A DNA stretch of 64,000 bases from Candidatus Woesearchaeota archaeon. GTDB taxonomy: Archaea > Nanobdellota > Nanobdellia > Woesearchaeales > GW2011-AR9. This document shows, in pieces, positions 28,971-39,481 of the stretch; within the stretch, counting starts at the first letter, position 1; each line of letters starts with the position of its first letter. The notes below the pieces were generated by a model that saw only the letters and a list, made by a program, of their open reading frames with translations, searched no databases and was not told the DNA's origin. The stretch is taken from positions 985,332-1,049,331 of the forward strand of contig JBAYIU010000001.1 of assembly GCA_041665465.1 (NCBI GenBank), in the 5' to 3' direction. The position numbers and the translations under genes were made by a program.

Positions 28971-31442
28971 TTGAAAATAAATTTCTACCCTTTAGACTTT
29001 GACTATCAAGTCAAAGATGGACAGACTTATGTTTATCTATTTGGAAGAACAGAACAGGGGGAACGCTTGTGTGTGGTTCAAGCTTATAAGCCCTACTTTT
29101 ATGTTCAGATTAATGATATAGATAAAGAAGAACTAACTAAAAAGTTAAGTAAATTACTGATTGAAAATAAGCTTGAACCAGCTAAAGTAACTTCTTGGGA
29201 AGAAGTAGAAAAGGAATTGCTCGGTAAAATTCAGAAATTATTGAAAATATATGTCAATTATCCTAAAGCTGTACCTCTAATCAGCAGAGAATTGTCTTCT
29301 TGGGGCATTGAATGTTACGAGAAGGACATCTTGTTTGTACATCGATATCTTCGTGACCAGAAAATTTTACCCATGACTTTAGTCCAAGTGGAAGGAGAAT
29401 TACAGAAAGAAGGCGGTTTAAGAGTGCCCTTATTTATCGCTACTAAAATCGAACAAGTTAGCCATGAAAGTATTCCTAAACTAAAAATGTTGGGGATAGA
29501 TATTGAGACTTACGCTAAAGATAAGATCATTGATCTGGAGAAGAACCCAATCCTGATGCTCGCTTTTTATGGGGTTGACGAGAAGGGTGAAGAGTTTCGT
29601 AAAGTTATCACTTGGAAACGTTTTACTCATAAACTGGATTATCTAGAAGTGGTTTCTGATGAAGCAGAATTGATCAATCGTTTTAAACAAGTGATCATTG
29701 ATTATCAACCGGACATCCTTACTGGATATTTCTCGGACGGGTTTGACCTTCCTTACATTAAACATCGAGCGGATAAGTATCATATCGAGCTAGATATTGG
29801 CTTGGACTACTCTTCTCTTCAAACTGGAGGAAAAGCCGATTTCAAAGAAGGAGAAGCAAGCATTACCGGAATCTTACATTTAGATGTGTGCAAGTTTATT
29901 CGTTACATCTTTGGTAAGAACCTTAAGACGGACAGTTACACTTTAGATGCGGTAGCAGAAGAACTGATCGGACATAAGAAACATGTGGTTAACCTGGACA
30001 ATCTAGCTCACGTCTGGGATGACGGATTAAAGGAGTTGAATGATTATTGTGAATATAACTTACATGATGCTCATCTGGTATTACAATTGTGCCAGAAATT
30101 GTTGTATGACATGATTGAGTTCACTAAAATTGTGGGCTTGCCTACCTATGATGTTATTCGTATGCGTTTCAGCCGTTTAGTGGAGAATTACATCTTAAAA
30201 CGAGCCATAGAGTATAACGTATTAGCTCCGAATAAACCGGTGCATGAAGAAGTGGATCAACGCATGGAAGAAACTTTTCAGGGAGCGTTTGTGTATGAAC
30301 CTATCCCTGGATTGTATAAAGACATCATCGTGTTTGATTTTCGTTCTTTATACCCTAGCATTATCACTGCACATAATATCGGTCCGGAAAGTTTTCATTG
30401 TGACTGTTGTAAAAATGTTAAAGAAGCAAGAGTACCTACTCAAGATGAATATTGGTTCTGTAATAAAGAGAAGAAGTTTATCCCTACAGTATTAGAGCAG
30501 TTGATTTCTATTCGGGCCGATCTTAAGAAGCAAATTAAAGAAGCTAAAGCACGTAAAGAAAATACAACTATTTTAGAAGCACGTTCTTGGGGGATAAAGA
30601 CTTTAGCTAATTCTTTCTACGGTTATCTGGGATTTTTCGGGGCAAGATGGTACTGTATTGAATGTGCTCGGTCTACTACTGCTTACGCTCGCAATTATAT
30701 CTTGACTACCATCTCTAAAGCAGAAGAAGTTGGGTTTAAAGTAATCTATTCTGATACTGATTCCCTTTTTGTATTACTGGGAGAGCAAGGGATGGAGAAA
30801 GCGTTGAAATTCCAGAAAGAGATTAATTCTCATCTTCCCGGACAGATGGAGTTAGAGTTAGAAAGTTATTATCCTCGTGGGATATTTGTGGCCGCTAAGG
30901 GAGCATCTGATAAAGGAGCTAAGAAAAGGTATGCTTTAATCTCTAAAGAAGGAAAATTAAAGATTACTGGATTTGAAATGGTTCGAAGAAACTCTTCTTT
31001 AATCGCTAAAGAAGTTCAAGAGCAAGTTCTTAGAATGGTGTTAGAAGATAAGACTAAAGAAGCTTTCGATTATGCTCAAAAGATGATTGTTGAACTGAAA
31101 GCAGGGAAAATAAGTTTAGATAAGTTGATTATTAAGACTCAGATCACTAAAGAGTTAAAAGAATATTCGTCCATAGCTCCACATGTGGCTATTGCTTGGC
31201 AGATGATCAAGAAAGGTGAAAGGATTGCTCCTGGAAGTGTAGTTCAATATGTTATTTGTAAGGGAAGCGGTTTAGTTCGAGATAGAGCTAAACTACCTAC
31301 GGAAGTTAAAGATTACGATGCAGAATATTATCTTAACAATCAAGTTTTGCCAGCCATTTCCAGCATCTTTGCAGTGTTAGGTTATTCCGAAGAGGAGTTG
31401 ACTAAACGAAGTTCACAGATTGGGTTGGGAAAGTTTTTCTAA
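28971..31442 (+). CDS. polB: Family B DNA polymerase
   Basis: Exo DIET and FDLPY; Pol DFRSLYPSII, KTLANSFYGY, YSDTDS; C-terminal PIP box QIGLGKFF; TTG start. Confidence 0.97.
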   Translation: MKINFYPLDFDYQVKDGQTYVYLFGRTEQGERLCVVQAYKPYFYVQINDIDKEELTKKLSKLLIENKLEPAKVTSWEEVEKELLGKIQKLLKIYVNYPKAVPLISRELSSWGIECYEKDILFVHRYLRDQKILPMTLVQVEGELQKEGGLRVPLFIATKIEQVSHESIPKLKMLGIDIETYAKDKIIDLEKNPILMLAFYGVDEKGEEFRKVITWKRFTHKLDYLEVVSDEAELINRFKQVIIDYQPDILTGYFSDGFDLPYIKHRADKYHIELDIGLDYSSLQTGGKADFKEGEASITGILHLDVCKFIRYIFGKNLKTDSYTLDAVAEELIGHKKHVVNLDNLAHVWDDGLKELNDYCEYNLHDAHLVLQLCQKLLYDMIEFTKIVGLPTYDVIRMRFSRLVENYILKRAIEYNVLAPNKPVHEEVDQRMEETFQGAFVYEPIPGLYKDIIVFDFRSLYPSIITAHNIGPESFHCDCCKNVKEARVPTQDEYWFCNKEKKFIPTVLEQLISIRADLKKQIKEAKARKENTTILEARSWGIKTLANSFYGYLGFFGARWYCIECARSTTAYARNYILTTISKAEEVGFKVIYSDTDSLFVLLGEQGMEKALKFQKEINSHLPGQMELELESYYPRGIFVAAKGASDKGAKKRYALISKEGKLKITGFEMVRRNSSLIAKEVQEQVLRMVLEDKTKEAFDYAQKMIVELKAGKISLDKLIIKTQITKELKEYSSIAPHVAIAWQMIKKGERIAPGSVVQYVICKGSGLVRDRAKLPTEVKDYDAEYYLNNQVLPAISSIFAVLGYSEEELTKRSSQIGLGKFF

Positions 31443-31474
31443 ACTTTTAAATACTTTAATAATTTAATCCTCTT

Positions 31475-31705
31475 ATGAGTAAACTGGCCAAGAAAAATTT
31501 TGCTCTTCATTGGATCTTTAATGTCTCCGTTATAGGACTAGTCTTTTCTGGTTATCTTTCTTATGGAGAATTGTTTAGAAAGGTATGTCCGATTGAGGGG
31601 GGATGTTCTAATCTGTTGGGACTACCGGTTTGTGTGTACGGATTTATCATGTATCTAGCAGTGTTTATTCTATCTTTGTATGGGTTGAATGTAAAGAAGA
31701 AATGA
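31475..31705 (+). CDS. Small VKOR-like membrane protein
   Basis: TM-SGYLSY...C.....C...GLP.C.YG-TM resembles the N-terminal half of VKOR. Confidence 0.55.
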   Translation: MSKLAKKNFALHWIFNVSVIGLVFSGYLSYGELFRKVCPIEGGCSNLLGLPVCVYGFIMYLAVFILSLYGLNVKKK

Positions 31706-31794
31706 GAAGGTTTTGGGTATATCAATCCAGATAAGTGCTAGGGTATTATTTTGATCCTAAAGATTTAAATAAAAATATTGGTGTGATTTAAACT

Positions 31795-32559
31795 ATGAAT
31801 GTAGAAGAAGGAAAGGCTTTTGGGAAAATTAGCAACATATATGATAGTTCAAGAACTAGTTATCCTTCTGCTTTAATTGATGATATTCTCAATTTCTCCG
31901 GAACTAAAATTGGAAGAGTTCTAGATATTGGTTGTGGAACTGGTCAAGTAACAGCTCTTTTTGATCAGAAGGGGTTCTCAGTTACGGGATTAGATATTAG
32001 CCAAGAGATGATTAACATAGCTAAAGTAAAATGTTCGGGAAAGACAGACTTTGTTTTAGGTACTTTTGAAGGGGCAAAACTCTCCGAAGATTATTATGAT
32101 ATTATTACCTCTGGCATGGCATGGCACTGGGTTGCTTCAAAAGATCGTTATGAAAAGCTACATAGAATATTAAAGAACAACGGAACGGTAGCCATTTTCT
32201 GGTCTCATCAACAAAAAGAAAAATCTCAATTAGTGAAAAATGTAGGGAAAATTCTTGATAAGTATGGGGGAATAAACAGAGGACCAGCCGGATCATTAGT
32301 GGTAGAATCCTTTAATTCCGTCTTTCAAGAACTAAAAGAAAGTAATCTTTTTACTTCTGTTGAAAAGAAAGAATATGAGGAGAACATTGAGTTTAACAAA
32401 CTAAAATACATTAATTTGGTTATCTCCTATGGGTGGGTCCAAAAATTATCTGCAGATCAGCGAGAAGATCTAATTAATAATTTGAAAGAGTTATTTGAAC
32501 AATATACAGAACCTCTAATTATCCCCTACAAATATTTATTAGTCTTAGCAAGAAAGTAA
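31795..32559 (+). CDS. Class I SAM-dependent methyltransferase
   Basis: YD..R.SYP, VLDIGCGTG, AWHW, RILK.NG. Confidence 0.9.
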   Translation: MNVEEGKAFGKISNIYDSSRTSYPSALIDDILNFSGTKIGRVLDIGCGTGQVTALFDQKGFSVTGLDISQEMINIAKVKCSGKTDFVLGTFEGAKLSEDYYDIITSGMAWHWVASKDRYEKLHRILKNNGTVAIFWSHQQKEKSQLVKNVGKILDKYGGINRGPAGSLVVESFNSVFQELKESNLFTSVEKKEYEENIEFNKLKYINLVISYGWVQKLSADQREDLINNLKELFEQYTEPLIIPYKYLLVLARK

Positions 32560-32639
32560 TCTTTTCCTTGAGCATCTCTTCTCGCTAGACACGCAGAGTT
32601 ACCGCTACCTTTATATATTCTCCACTTACTATCTAAATC

Positions 32640-33467
32640 ATGCAACAAGTGGGCGGACAAGCAGTTATTGAAGGAGTAATGATGCGTAACAAAGAGAAGT
32701 ACGCGGTGGCTGTTCGTCTTCCTAACGGTAAGATAAAAATCAAGAAAGAAGCTTCTTCTAAATATCCTAAATACTTTGATTTCTATTTCATTCGAGGGGT
32801 AGTAGGATTAGGTTATTCTTTATATGATGGAATCCGAGCCTTAATCTGGAGTTCTAACCAAAATCTCGGTCAGGAAGAGAAGATGAGTACGGGAGAAGTT
32901 GTGCTGATGTTATTAACTTCTTTATTCTTTGCAGTTGGTTTCTTTGTAGCCTTACCTTTTTTTACCGCTAATTGGATCAGTTCAGAAGGAGTCTGGTTTA
33001 ATGTACTGGACGGGTTGTTCCGAATAGGATTATTCTTAATCTATCTATGGGCCATTTCTAGGATGTCAGAAGTTAAACGGTTATTTCAATATCACGGAGC
33101 GGAACACAAATGTATTGCTTGTCATGAAGCTAAAAAAGAGTTAACAGTTAAGAACGTCAAACCTTATTCTCGTTTCCATCCTCGATGTGGAACTTCTTTC
33201 ATCTTTGTAGTATTATTACTTTCAATCATCATGTTTTCTTTCATTACCGGAGCTTGGTATGTTAAGTTTCTGGGAAGAATATTATTATTGCCGGTGATTG
33301 CAGGTATAGGGTACGAGTTAATCAAGTTAAGTTCTAAGTATCAGAGCAATCTCTTTGTTAGAATATTTATCGCTCCCGGATTATGGTTGCAGCGTTTAAC
33401 TACTGGAGAACCGGATGATAAACAAATAGAAGTAGGTATCGCTGCACTGAAGGGCGTGTTGAAGTAA
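32640..33467 (+). CDS. DUF1385 membrane protein
   Basis: GGQAVIEGVMMR, FQYHGAEHK, HPRCGTSF, PGLWLQRLTT.EP. Confidence 0.92.
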   Translation: MQQVGGQAVIEGVMMRNKEKYAVAVRLPNGKIKIKKEASSKYPKYFDFYFIRGVVGLGYSLYDGIRALIWSSNQNLGQEEKMSTGEVVLMLLTSLFFAVGFFVALPFFTANWISSEGVWFNVLDGLFRIGLFLIYLWAISRMSEVKRLFQYHGAEHKCIACHEAKKELTVKNVKPYSRFHPRCGTSFIFVVLLLSIIMFSFITGAWYVKFLGRILLLPVIAGIGYELIKLSSKYQSNLFVRIFIAPGLWLQRLTTGEPDDKQIEVGIAALKGVLK

Positions 33468-33499
33468 TATTTATAAATATCTTTATTCTTCCACCTAAA

Positions 33500-33709
33500 A
33501 TGGTCCTTGACAGTTTAGTAAATACTTTATCTTCAATGTATTCTCCGTTAGATTTTCCTATAGCTGGTTTAGAGAGTGGAGGTAACGGAGATATTTTAGG
33601 AGCGGGTATCTGGCTTGTTTCTGTAGTGGCAGTACCTATAGCTGCTTTTTATATTAGCAATTATGCAGGTAGAGCAAAGAAGCAAGATTATGATAATATT
33701 AAGAGATAG
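33500..33709 (+). CDS. Small single-TM protein
   Basis: One hydrophobic helix; upstream TTTATAAA box. Confidence 0.5.
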   Translation: MVLDSLVNTLSSMYSPLDFPIAGLESGGNGDILGAGIWLVSVVAVPIAAFYISNYAGRAKKQDYDNIKR

Positions 33710-33759
33710 ATTCTAATTTATTATTTTAGGATTTAAGAAGAAATAAACTTGTTCATTGA

Positions 33760-35109
33760 CTAAAGCAATTCTGCAGCTAACTCCGCAGCAGCGCTTCTTT
33801 CTCCTTTCTTAACAATCACTGCAGAGAATAAAGGCTGATTAAGAAGTCTTTTAGTAAGATAAACCAATCCATTCTTTTCTTGATCTAAATATCTGGCATC
33901 AATCTGATAAGGATCTCCATTAAAAATAACTTTTGATCCATCTCCACAACGAGTAGCGAGTGTCTTTACTTCATTCTGGTTTAGATTTTGAGCTTCATCC
34001 ACGATAATAAAAGAACCGGTAATATTTCTTCCCCTAGCAAAGGTTGGAGGCATTATCTCGATAATTCCTTCTTGAACATAACTTTCTAAACCAAAAGAGA
34101 CACCTCCCCTTTCTTCTTCTCTGCGATGACCACGTTCTTGGTTTAATTGAATTACATCTATAGCATCAGCAATGGGTTGCATAAACGGAGCTAGTTTTTC
34201 ATCCAAGTCTCCTGGAAGATAACCTACGCCTTCTCCTACTGTACTTAAAGGACGGATAATTACTACTTTTTTATATTTTCCATCCGTCTCTACTTGATGT
34301 AAGGCTGCAGCTAATAAAATTAGAGTTTTACCTGTCCCTGCTTTTCCTATTGCTGAACCAAGAGTGATGTTCGGGTCTAGAGCTAAGTCCATCAAGTAAC
34401 CCTGTTCTTTATTCTTTGGTTTTATCCCTGAAATCAAGCCTCTTCTGTCCATTAGTTTCGTAAAAGTATGATAATTTCCATCTCTGGTGTGTCTGACACT
34501 CATTCCTTCTCCAGTTAAGAATAAATATTGATTTTGAAATAATTGGGGGAGTATTTCCAACTCTCCAGAACTTAAACGAGTACTTCTATTTTGTCTTAAT
34601 TCTTCTCTTTTATCTGGTGGAAGATCTATCTCTTCTTGCATGTTAAATATTTCATGTAAGCTTCTTCCCTTTCTAGCATCTCTTCTAACTTCTGCTTTGT
34701 ATCCTCGAACCAAAGCTAAGCTTAATAATCCTGTATCTTCACTAATCAAAGTAAGCGGATATCTGGGATCAGATTCTTTTAAATAATCTAAAAGAGCGGG
34801 GTCTCCATGCGTATACCTTGCACCTTCTTTTCCTGAAACAGCATGAAATATCGCTTGTCCTTCATTATAAGGAATGGGGTCTTGGGGATGTTCTGTTGAG
34901 AAAAGTAAGTCTCTTATTCTGCCTAAGGCTTCTTTTGCGTTTCCTCTGACAAAGGGTTCTTCATGATAATCATTTTTAATCTTATCTAACTCTTGTAGAA
35001 CCATCTCATGAACATAAACATGATTTCCTCCAGTTCCTAATGCCCAGATGACGTTTGGATCATCAATTAGGCAACTGGTGTCTAAAAGATAATGTTTTGG
35101 TTCAGTCAT
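33760..35109 (-). CDS. PIN-PhoH (PhoH2-like) protein
   Basis: PIN LLDTS..IDDP, ELD..K; PhoH GKAGTGKT, GYLPG, RGR, DEAQN, GDPYQID. Confidence 0.92.
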   Translation of the reverse strand: MTEPKHYLLDTSCLIDDPNVIWALGTGGNHVYVHEMVLQELDKIKNDYHEEPFVRGNAKEALGRIRDLLFSTEHPQDPIPYNEGQAIFHAVSGKEGARYTHGDPALLDYLKESDPRYPLTLISEDTGLLSLALVRGYKAEVRRDARKGRSLHEIFNMQEEIDLPPDKREELRQNRSTRLSSGELEILPQLFQNQYLFLTGEGMSVRHTRDGNYHTFTKLMDRRGLISGIKPKNKEQGYLMDLALDPNITLGSAIGKAGTGKTLILLAAALHQVETDGKYKKVVIIRPLSTVGEGVGYLPGDLDEKLAPFMQPIADAIDVIQLNQERGHRREEERGGVSFGLESYVQEGIIEIMPPTFARGRNITGSFIIVDEAQNLNQNEVKTLATRCGDGSKVIFNGDPYQIDARYLDQEKNGLVYLTKRLLNQPLFSAVIVKKGERSAAAELAAELL

Positions 35110-35115
35110 TTTTGA

Positions 35116-35703
35116 TTATATCTCTCTTAATGCGCGAAGAACATGATTGTATTCTTTATAACGATTGTCTCGGCCTTCTTTCCTGAAATTTTCTGTCATG
35201 AATTCTTCTGAACCTTTTTCTAAGGCTTGATAAATCTCTTTTAATCCCGAGGTTGATTCTCTACTGATTGCTTCTGCAACGAGTTTCTCAATTGTACCCT
35301 CTTGAAAACGTAGGAATATTATTCCAGGGGTCCTTTCATGGGATGGCTTTTCTCCTTCATGAAGAGCTTCTAAGGCTTTGTCAACATTTCTCTGATATTC
35401 GGGTCTTAATTGAGAGAACGGTACTTTCCCCACATTAAGATGTTGAGCAAGAAGATATAAGGAAATTCTTGTCTCTTCTTGAAATTTTCTCTTGAAGTAT
35501 TCTACTGATTCTGGATCACCATTATAACTCAACAGATGTCTCTTAGGTAAACTTAATACTGAAGAAGAATAACTAAAAGCAATCTCTTCTGGGGAAAGAA
35601 CCTTCAACTCCTTAAGAATAACAGAAATGGGGTACCTTTGTCCCTGATGGTACATGTCTCTTCTTTTCTTAACAATTCTATCTTCAGGAGTAACCGGCCT
35701 CAT
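35116..35703 (-). CDS. Hypothetical protein
   Basis: 195-aa ORF co-oriented between rad50 and the PIN-PhoH gene. Confidence 0.6.
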   Translation of the reverse strand: MRPVTPEDRIVKKRRDMYHQGQRYPISVILKELKVLSPEEIAFSYSSSVLSLPKRHLLSYNGDPESVEYFKRKFQEETRISLYLLAQHLNVGKVPFSQLRPEYQRNVDKALEALHEGEKPSHERTPGIIFLRFQEGTIEKLVAEAISRESTSGLKEIYQALEKGSEEFMTENFRKEGRDNRYKEYNHVLRALREI

Positions 35704-35773
35704 GTCACTAACACTCGGGAATTATCTATTTAAGCGTTTCCATCCTCTAAAAGTTATAACCAAGAATAGTTAT

Positions 35774-38194
35774 TTACCCTACCTCACTTACATGCCCATT
35801 CTTACTAACCCTAATCACTTTCTCTACAAAAGTTTCAATCTTAGACTCATGAGAAACTATCAACACTTGCTTTAAATGCAGCCTATCCAACACTTCTCTA
35901 ACTTTATCTAGTTGCTCTGAACTGAAACCATCAGTGGGTTCATCTAAAATCAACAAGTCTTTGGTTTTAATTTCATGAATAACATCGTTAATAACCTTAT
36001 TCAAGGCTAATCGATAGGCTAAGGCACAAGAGGTCTTCTCTCCCCCACTTAAGTTGCTAAAAGAAATCTCATATCCGTTCTGTTCAATAATTGGAGTAAA
36101 ATTTTCATCAATCTTAGAATACACATTCTCATCTTCAATTAACAATCCGAACCATTCTTGGAACAATCTATTGAAAAGTCTATGAATAGTTAACATCATC
36201 TGCTTCTCAATGGTATACGTAAGAGGTAAAAAATGATCTTCTAACCAATGATATATTTCTCTAGACCTTAACAACTTCTCTTTCTGCAAAGTCAAACTTT
36301 CTATCATCTGCTTTAAAGGAAGTTCTTGGCGATTAAGATGATCCAGCTGGGTCTGCAACTGAGCCTGAAGGATAGAAACTTCTTTTTCTTGAGCTTGTCC
36401 CCCTTTAAGTACTCCCTTTTGTTCTTGGATGGGCTTAGTCAGGTCCATTAGATGGGCCAGTTCTTCTTCAGTAGAATGAATACTTTGATTGAGTTTATTC
36501 ACTTGTAACGAAGTAGATTCATGTTGTTGCTTAATCTGTACTGCTTGTAGCTCTAAATATTGTTTTTGAGCTAACTTTTGAGCTAATTCTTGAGCTTGAC
36601 TGATCTTCTGGTTAATCTGTTCTAAGAAGTTACTCCTCTGCAACGTTTCTTGTTCTTGCATTAATCTGTTGTTCTCTTGTACTTTAGTTCTTACCAACTC
36701 TCGTTGCTGTTCTAGTTGATTTCTTTTTTGTTGTAAGTGTTTTACCTCCACTTTTAATCTAGTTAATTGATTCTCTGCTTTGAGAATTGTTTCTATCTGT
36801 TGCAATATTTCATCTTTCTGTCTTTTGTAACTTAGATGGATCTGTTCTAATTCTCTCAGTTTCTTTTCCGCAAAAACACTTTTCTCTTGCTCTTCTCCCG
36901 ACAGGCGTTGCTTATGTTCCATAGGCACTTCTTGTAAACAAGTGGGGCAAGTGCTTAAAGAAAGTATTTTCTTTTGCAACTCTCTGCTCTGACTTAGAAG
37001 TAAAATATTTTTAGTGATAAAATTGGAATTTTCTTCCAGTTGATGTTCTACTTCTATCTTCTTCCGTCCTAATTCCTCTTTTAACTTAATCTGTTGTTCT
37101 AATTGTTCAATCTGTTTCTCTTTATCCGATATCTGAGTTATCTCTTCTTCCCCTAATTTAATCAGGGTCTGTAGCTCGGTTATCTGTGAACGTAGCTGAA
37201 GAATCTTCTCTTTCAAAGTACTTTCTTGATGTAAAGCTTCATTCCGAGTTAATTCAAATTCTTTAATCTCCATTCTGATCTGCTCTAAACTTACGTTAGG
37301 AGATAATTCTAAAGCCAGGATCTGTTTCTGTAAGAATTCTTCTCTAACTCCTAACTGGGCCAATTGTTCTTTCTTCTCTTCCCATAACATCTTGCTCTGA
37401 ACTAATTGTTGTTGCTTCTCCACAAAATATTTCTGTTTTAATTCTAGCTGATCTAATTCTTGTTGTTGTAGTAGTACTCTAGACCGAAGCTGTTCTAGTT
37501 TAGGAACAAGGTCATTTAATCTTAGTTGTACTTGCTCTTTCTCCTGAGTTAATTCTTGTAATTGTTTATTTTGTGTTTCTAACGGTTCAATCTTCGCTTC
37601 TAACACCGCTAAGTTAGAACGCATCTGTTTTAAGTAATTCTGCAAATTATCTCGAATGTTCTTATACTTATCAATATTGAAAATCTTACGTAGCACATCT
37701 AATCTTTCTTCAGGATTATCCTGCAGAATTAACTTCATCTCTTCTTGAGGAGTGTACAAAGTATATCTGAAAATATAATTACGATTTTTGCTGATTAACT
37801 CTTCAGGATAGCCTAATAAATTAATGATCTCTGCTTTCAGTTCTACCGGGGTAAGCTCTTTCTTGACTTGGTTAACGATTAAATAGCCGGTAGTTTGTTT
37901 AACTGAGTCTTTATCTTTCTTTAAGGTTCTCTTTATAGTTACTTCTTTGGTTTCATTCTGTGATGAAATGGTGAAAGAAAGTTCTACGCTTCCTTGGGTT
38001 GTTCCTTTTCTTAACAGGGCTTCTCCAGGAATATCTGGCTTAGAAAGACCAAATAAAGCAAATTCAATGGCCAAGAGAATGGTTGATTTTCCCGATCCGA
38101 TATCTCCTGAAAGTAATATTGAGCCGGAAGGAAGATCAATGGTTTGATCTAGGTAAGAACGGATATTTTGCAGCTTAAGCTGGCGGAGAAGCAT
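35774..38194 (-). CDS. rad50: Rad50/SbcC ATPase
   Basis: Walker A GDIGSGKS, Q-loop, central CPTC zinc hook in coiled coil, LSGGE, LILDEP, VSH. Confidence 0.92.
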   Translation of the reverse strand: MLLRQLKLQNIRSYLDQTIDLPSGSILLSGDIGSGKSTILLAIEFALFGLSKPDIPGEALLRKGTTQGSVELSFTISSQNETKEVTIKRTLKKDKDSVKQTTGYLIVNQVKKELTPVELKAEIINLLGYPEELISKNRNYIFRYTLYTPQEEMKLILQDNPEERLDVLRKIFNIDKYKNIRDNLQNYLKQMRSNLAVLEAKIEPLETQNKQLQELTQEKEQVQLRLNDLVPKLEQLRSRVLLQQQELDQLELKQKYFVEKQQQLVQSKMLWEEKKEQLAQLGVREEFLQKQILALELSPNVSLEQIRMEIKEFELTRNEALHQESTLKEKILQLRSQITELQTLIKLGEEEITQISDKEKQIEQLEQQIKLKEELGRKKIEVEHQLEENSNFITKNILLLSQSRELQKKILSLSTCPTCLQEVPMEHKQRLSGEEQEKSVFAEKKLRELEQIHLSYKRQKDEILQQIETILKAENQLTRLKVEVKHLQQKRNQLEQQRELVRTKVQENNRLMQEQETLQRSNFLEQINQKISQAQELAQKLAQKQYLELQAVQIKQQHESTSLQVNKLNQSIHSTEEELAHLMDLTKPIQEQKGVLKGGQAQEKEVSILQAQLQTQLDHLNRQELPLKQMIESLTLQKEKLLRSREIYHWLEDHFLPLTYTIEKQMMLTIHRLFNRLFQEWFGLLIEDENVYSKIDENFTPIIEQNGYEISFSNLSGGEKTSCALAYRLALNKVINDVIHEIKTKDLLILDEPTDGFSSEQLDKVREVLDRLHLKQVLIVSHESKIETFVEKVIRVSKNGHVSEVG

Positions 38195-38312
38195 GATACT
38201 TAGGGGGGAATCAGGTTTATATAGATTGTTATACTTGGAAACTATATTTTCTAAAGTAGTAAGCTTTATTAAATGGTATTAGTGCTCCTATTTAAAATGA
38301 GGATGATGATAG

Positions 38313-39479
38313 ATGGATGCTAGACCCTACGTTCAAGGTCGAGTTAAAGTAGTTTCTGGGCCAGTTAAATCTAGCAAAAATCGGGCCGTAGAAGTTTTTC
38401 TTAATCGTTTAGTTCATAGTGAATATCTAGCTAATCATCCTGATGCTGTGGTTACCTTTCGTCATCCTGAAGATGATCCCAATCCAGAATATATCGGAGA
38501 ACATCGGGTTAAGGTTAGTGATAATCTTGACCAGATTGCAGAGAGTGTTACTCCTAATACTAGAACGGTTATAATCGTGGGTGCTTCACATTTTAGTTCT
38601 TTAGAGATTATAACCTTAGCTGACGCTTTAGTGCGTAGTAACCGCGATGTGGTTGTTTCTGGATTAAACTTGGATGCGCAAGGAAAACCATATCTAACTA
38701 TGCCTGGATTAATGGCTATTGCTGATGAAGTAGAATTAGCAAAAGCTTCTTGTGCTCAATATGATTGTCAAAGTAAACAAGCTAATCGCAGTATTTTAAC
38801 TCCCGATGGAAGATATTTCCCTGTGTGCGGCCATCATCATAATCCTACAAACAACCTATCTGGAGGATGGTTTGAGTTGGATACCGGGGGAATGTTTTCT
38901 GGAAAGACTGATTCTTTGATGGATAAAATTGCAAGGGCTACTCATGAAGATATTCCTTATGCCTTCTTTAAATCTGCTATTGATGTCCGTTATGGACAAG
39001 AAGGTGGGAGAGGAGTATTTGAATTACATAAAGCTACCCAGCATAACAAAGATGGTTTACATGCTATACTCGTTCCTGAAGCTAAACACATCTTAGAATA
39101 TCTGGGTGGTCATCCTAAAGTTAAAACTGTTTTTGTTACTGAGATGCAATTTATTCCCGGAATATATGATGTGGTATTTGAGTTAGTTTCTAAGGGGTAT
39201 CATGTTTACGGTGATGGGTTAGCTCGAGGTTGGAATCGTCAACCTTTTAATGAGTATCCTAATCTGATGTGTTTAGCTGACTCCGTAAAGATTCATCATG
39301 GTATCTGTGTTCAATGTGGGGATCCTTCTACGGAAAGTCATCTTTTGGTACAAGATGCTAAAAAACAATTAGTTAAGCCGGGAGGAAAAGGAGAGTATGA
39401 AGCTCGTTGTTTGTCTTGTTGGAATGTTGAAAAAGAAGAACCTTTAAAATATAAATTTGAAAAATTTAGGTGGAGTTAA
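38313..39479 (+). CDS. tdk: Tandem two-domain thymidine kinase (TK1 type)
   Basis: Two TK units, each with Zn-lasso cysteines; second has GMFSGKT, TEMQF, CVQC, YEARC. Confidence 0.85.
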   Translation: MDARPYVQGRVKVVSGPVKSSKNRAVEVFLNRLVHSEYLANHPDAVVTFRHPEDDPNPEYIGEHRVKVSDNLDQIAESVTPNTRTVIIVGASHFSSLEIITLADALVRSNRDVVVSGLNLDAQGKPYLTMPGLMAIADEVELAKASCAQYDCQSKQANRSILTPDGRYFPVCGHHHNPTNNLSGGWFELDTGGMFSGKTDSLMDKIARATHEDIPYAFFKSAIDVRYGQEGGRGVFELHKATQHNKDGLHAILVPEAKHILEYLGGHPKVKTVFVTEMQFIPGIYDVVFELVSKGYHVYGDGLARGWNRQPFNEYPNLMCLADSVKIHHGICVQCGDPSTESHLLVQDAKKQLVKPGGKGEYEARCLSCWNVEKEEPLKYKFEKFRWS

Positions 39480-39481
39480 AA

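Noticed and set aside
36300..37600. Repetitive TTG/CTG-rich sequence in rad50
   Set aside because: Reflects Gln/Glu/Leu-rich coiled-coil coding, not a DNA repeat array
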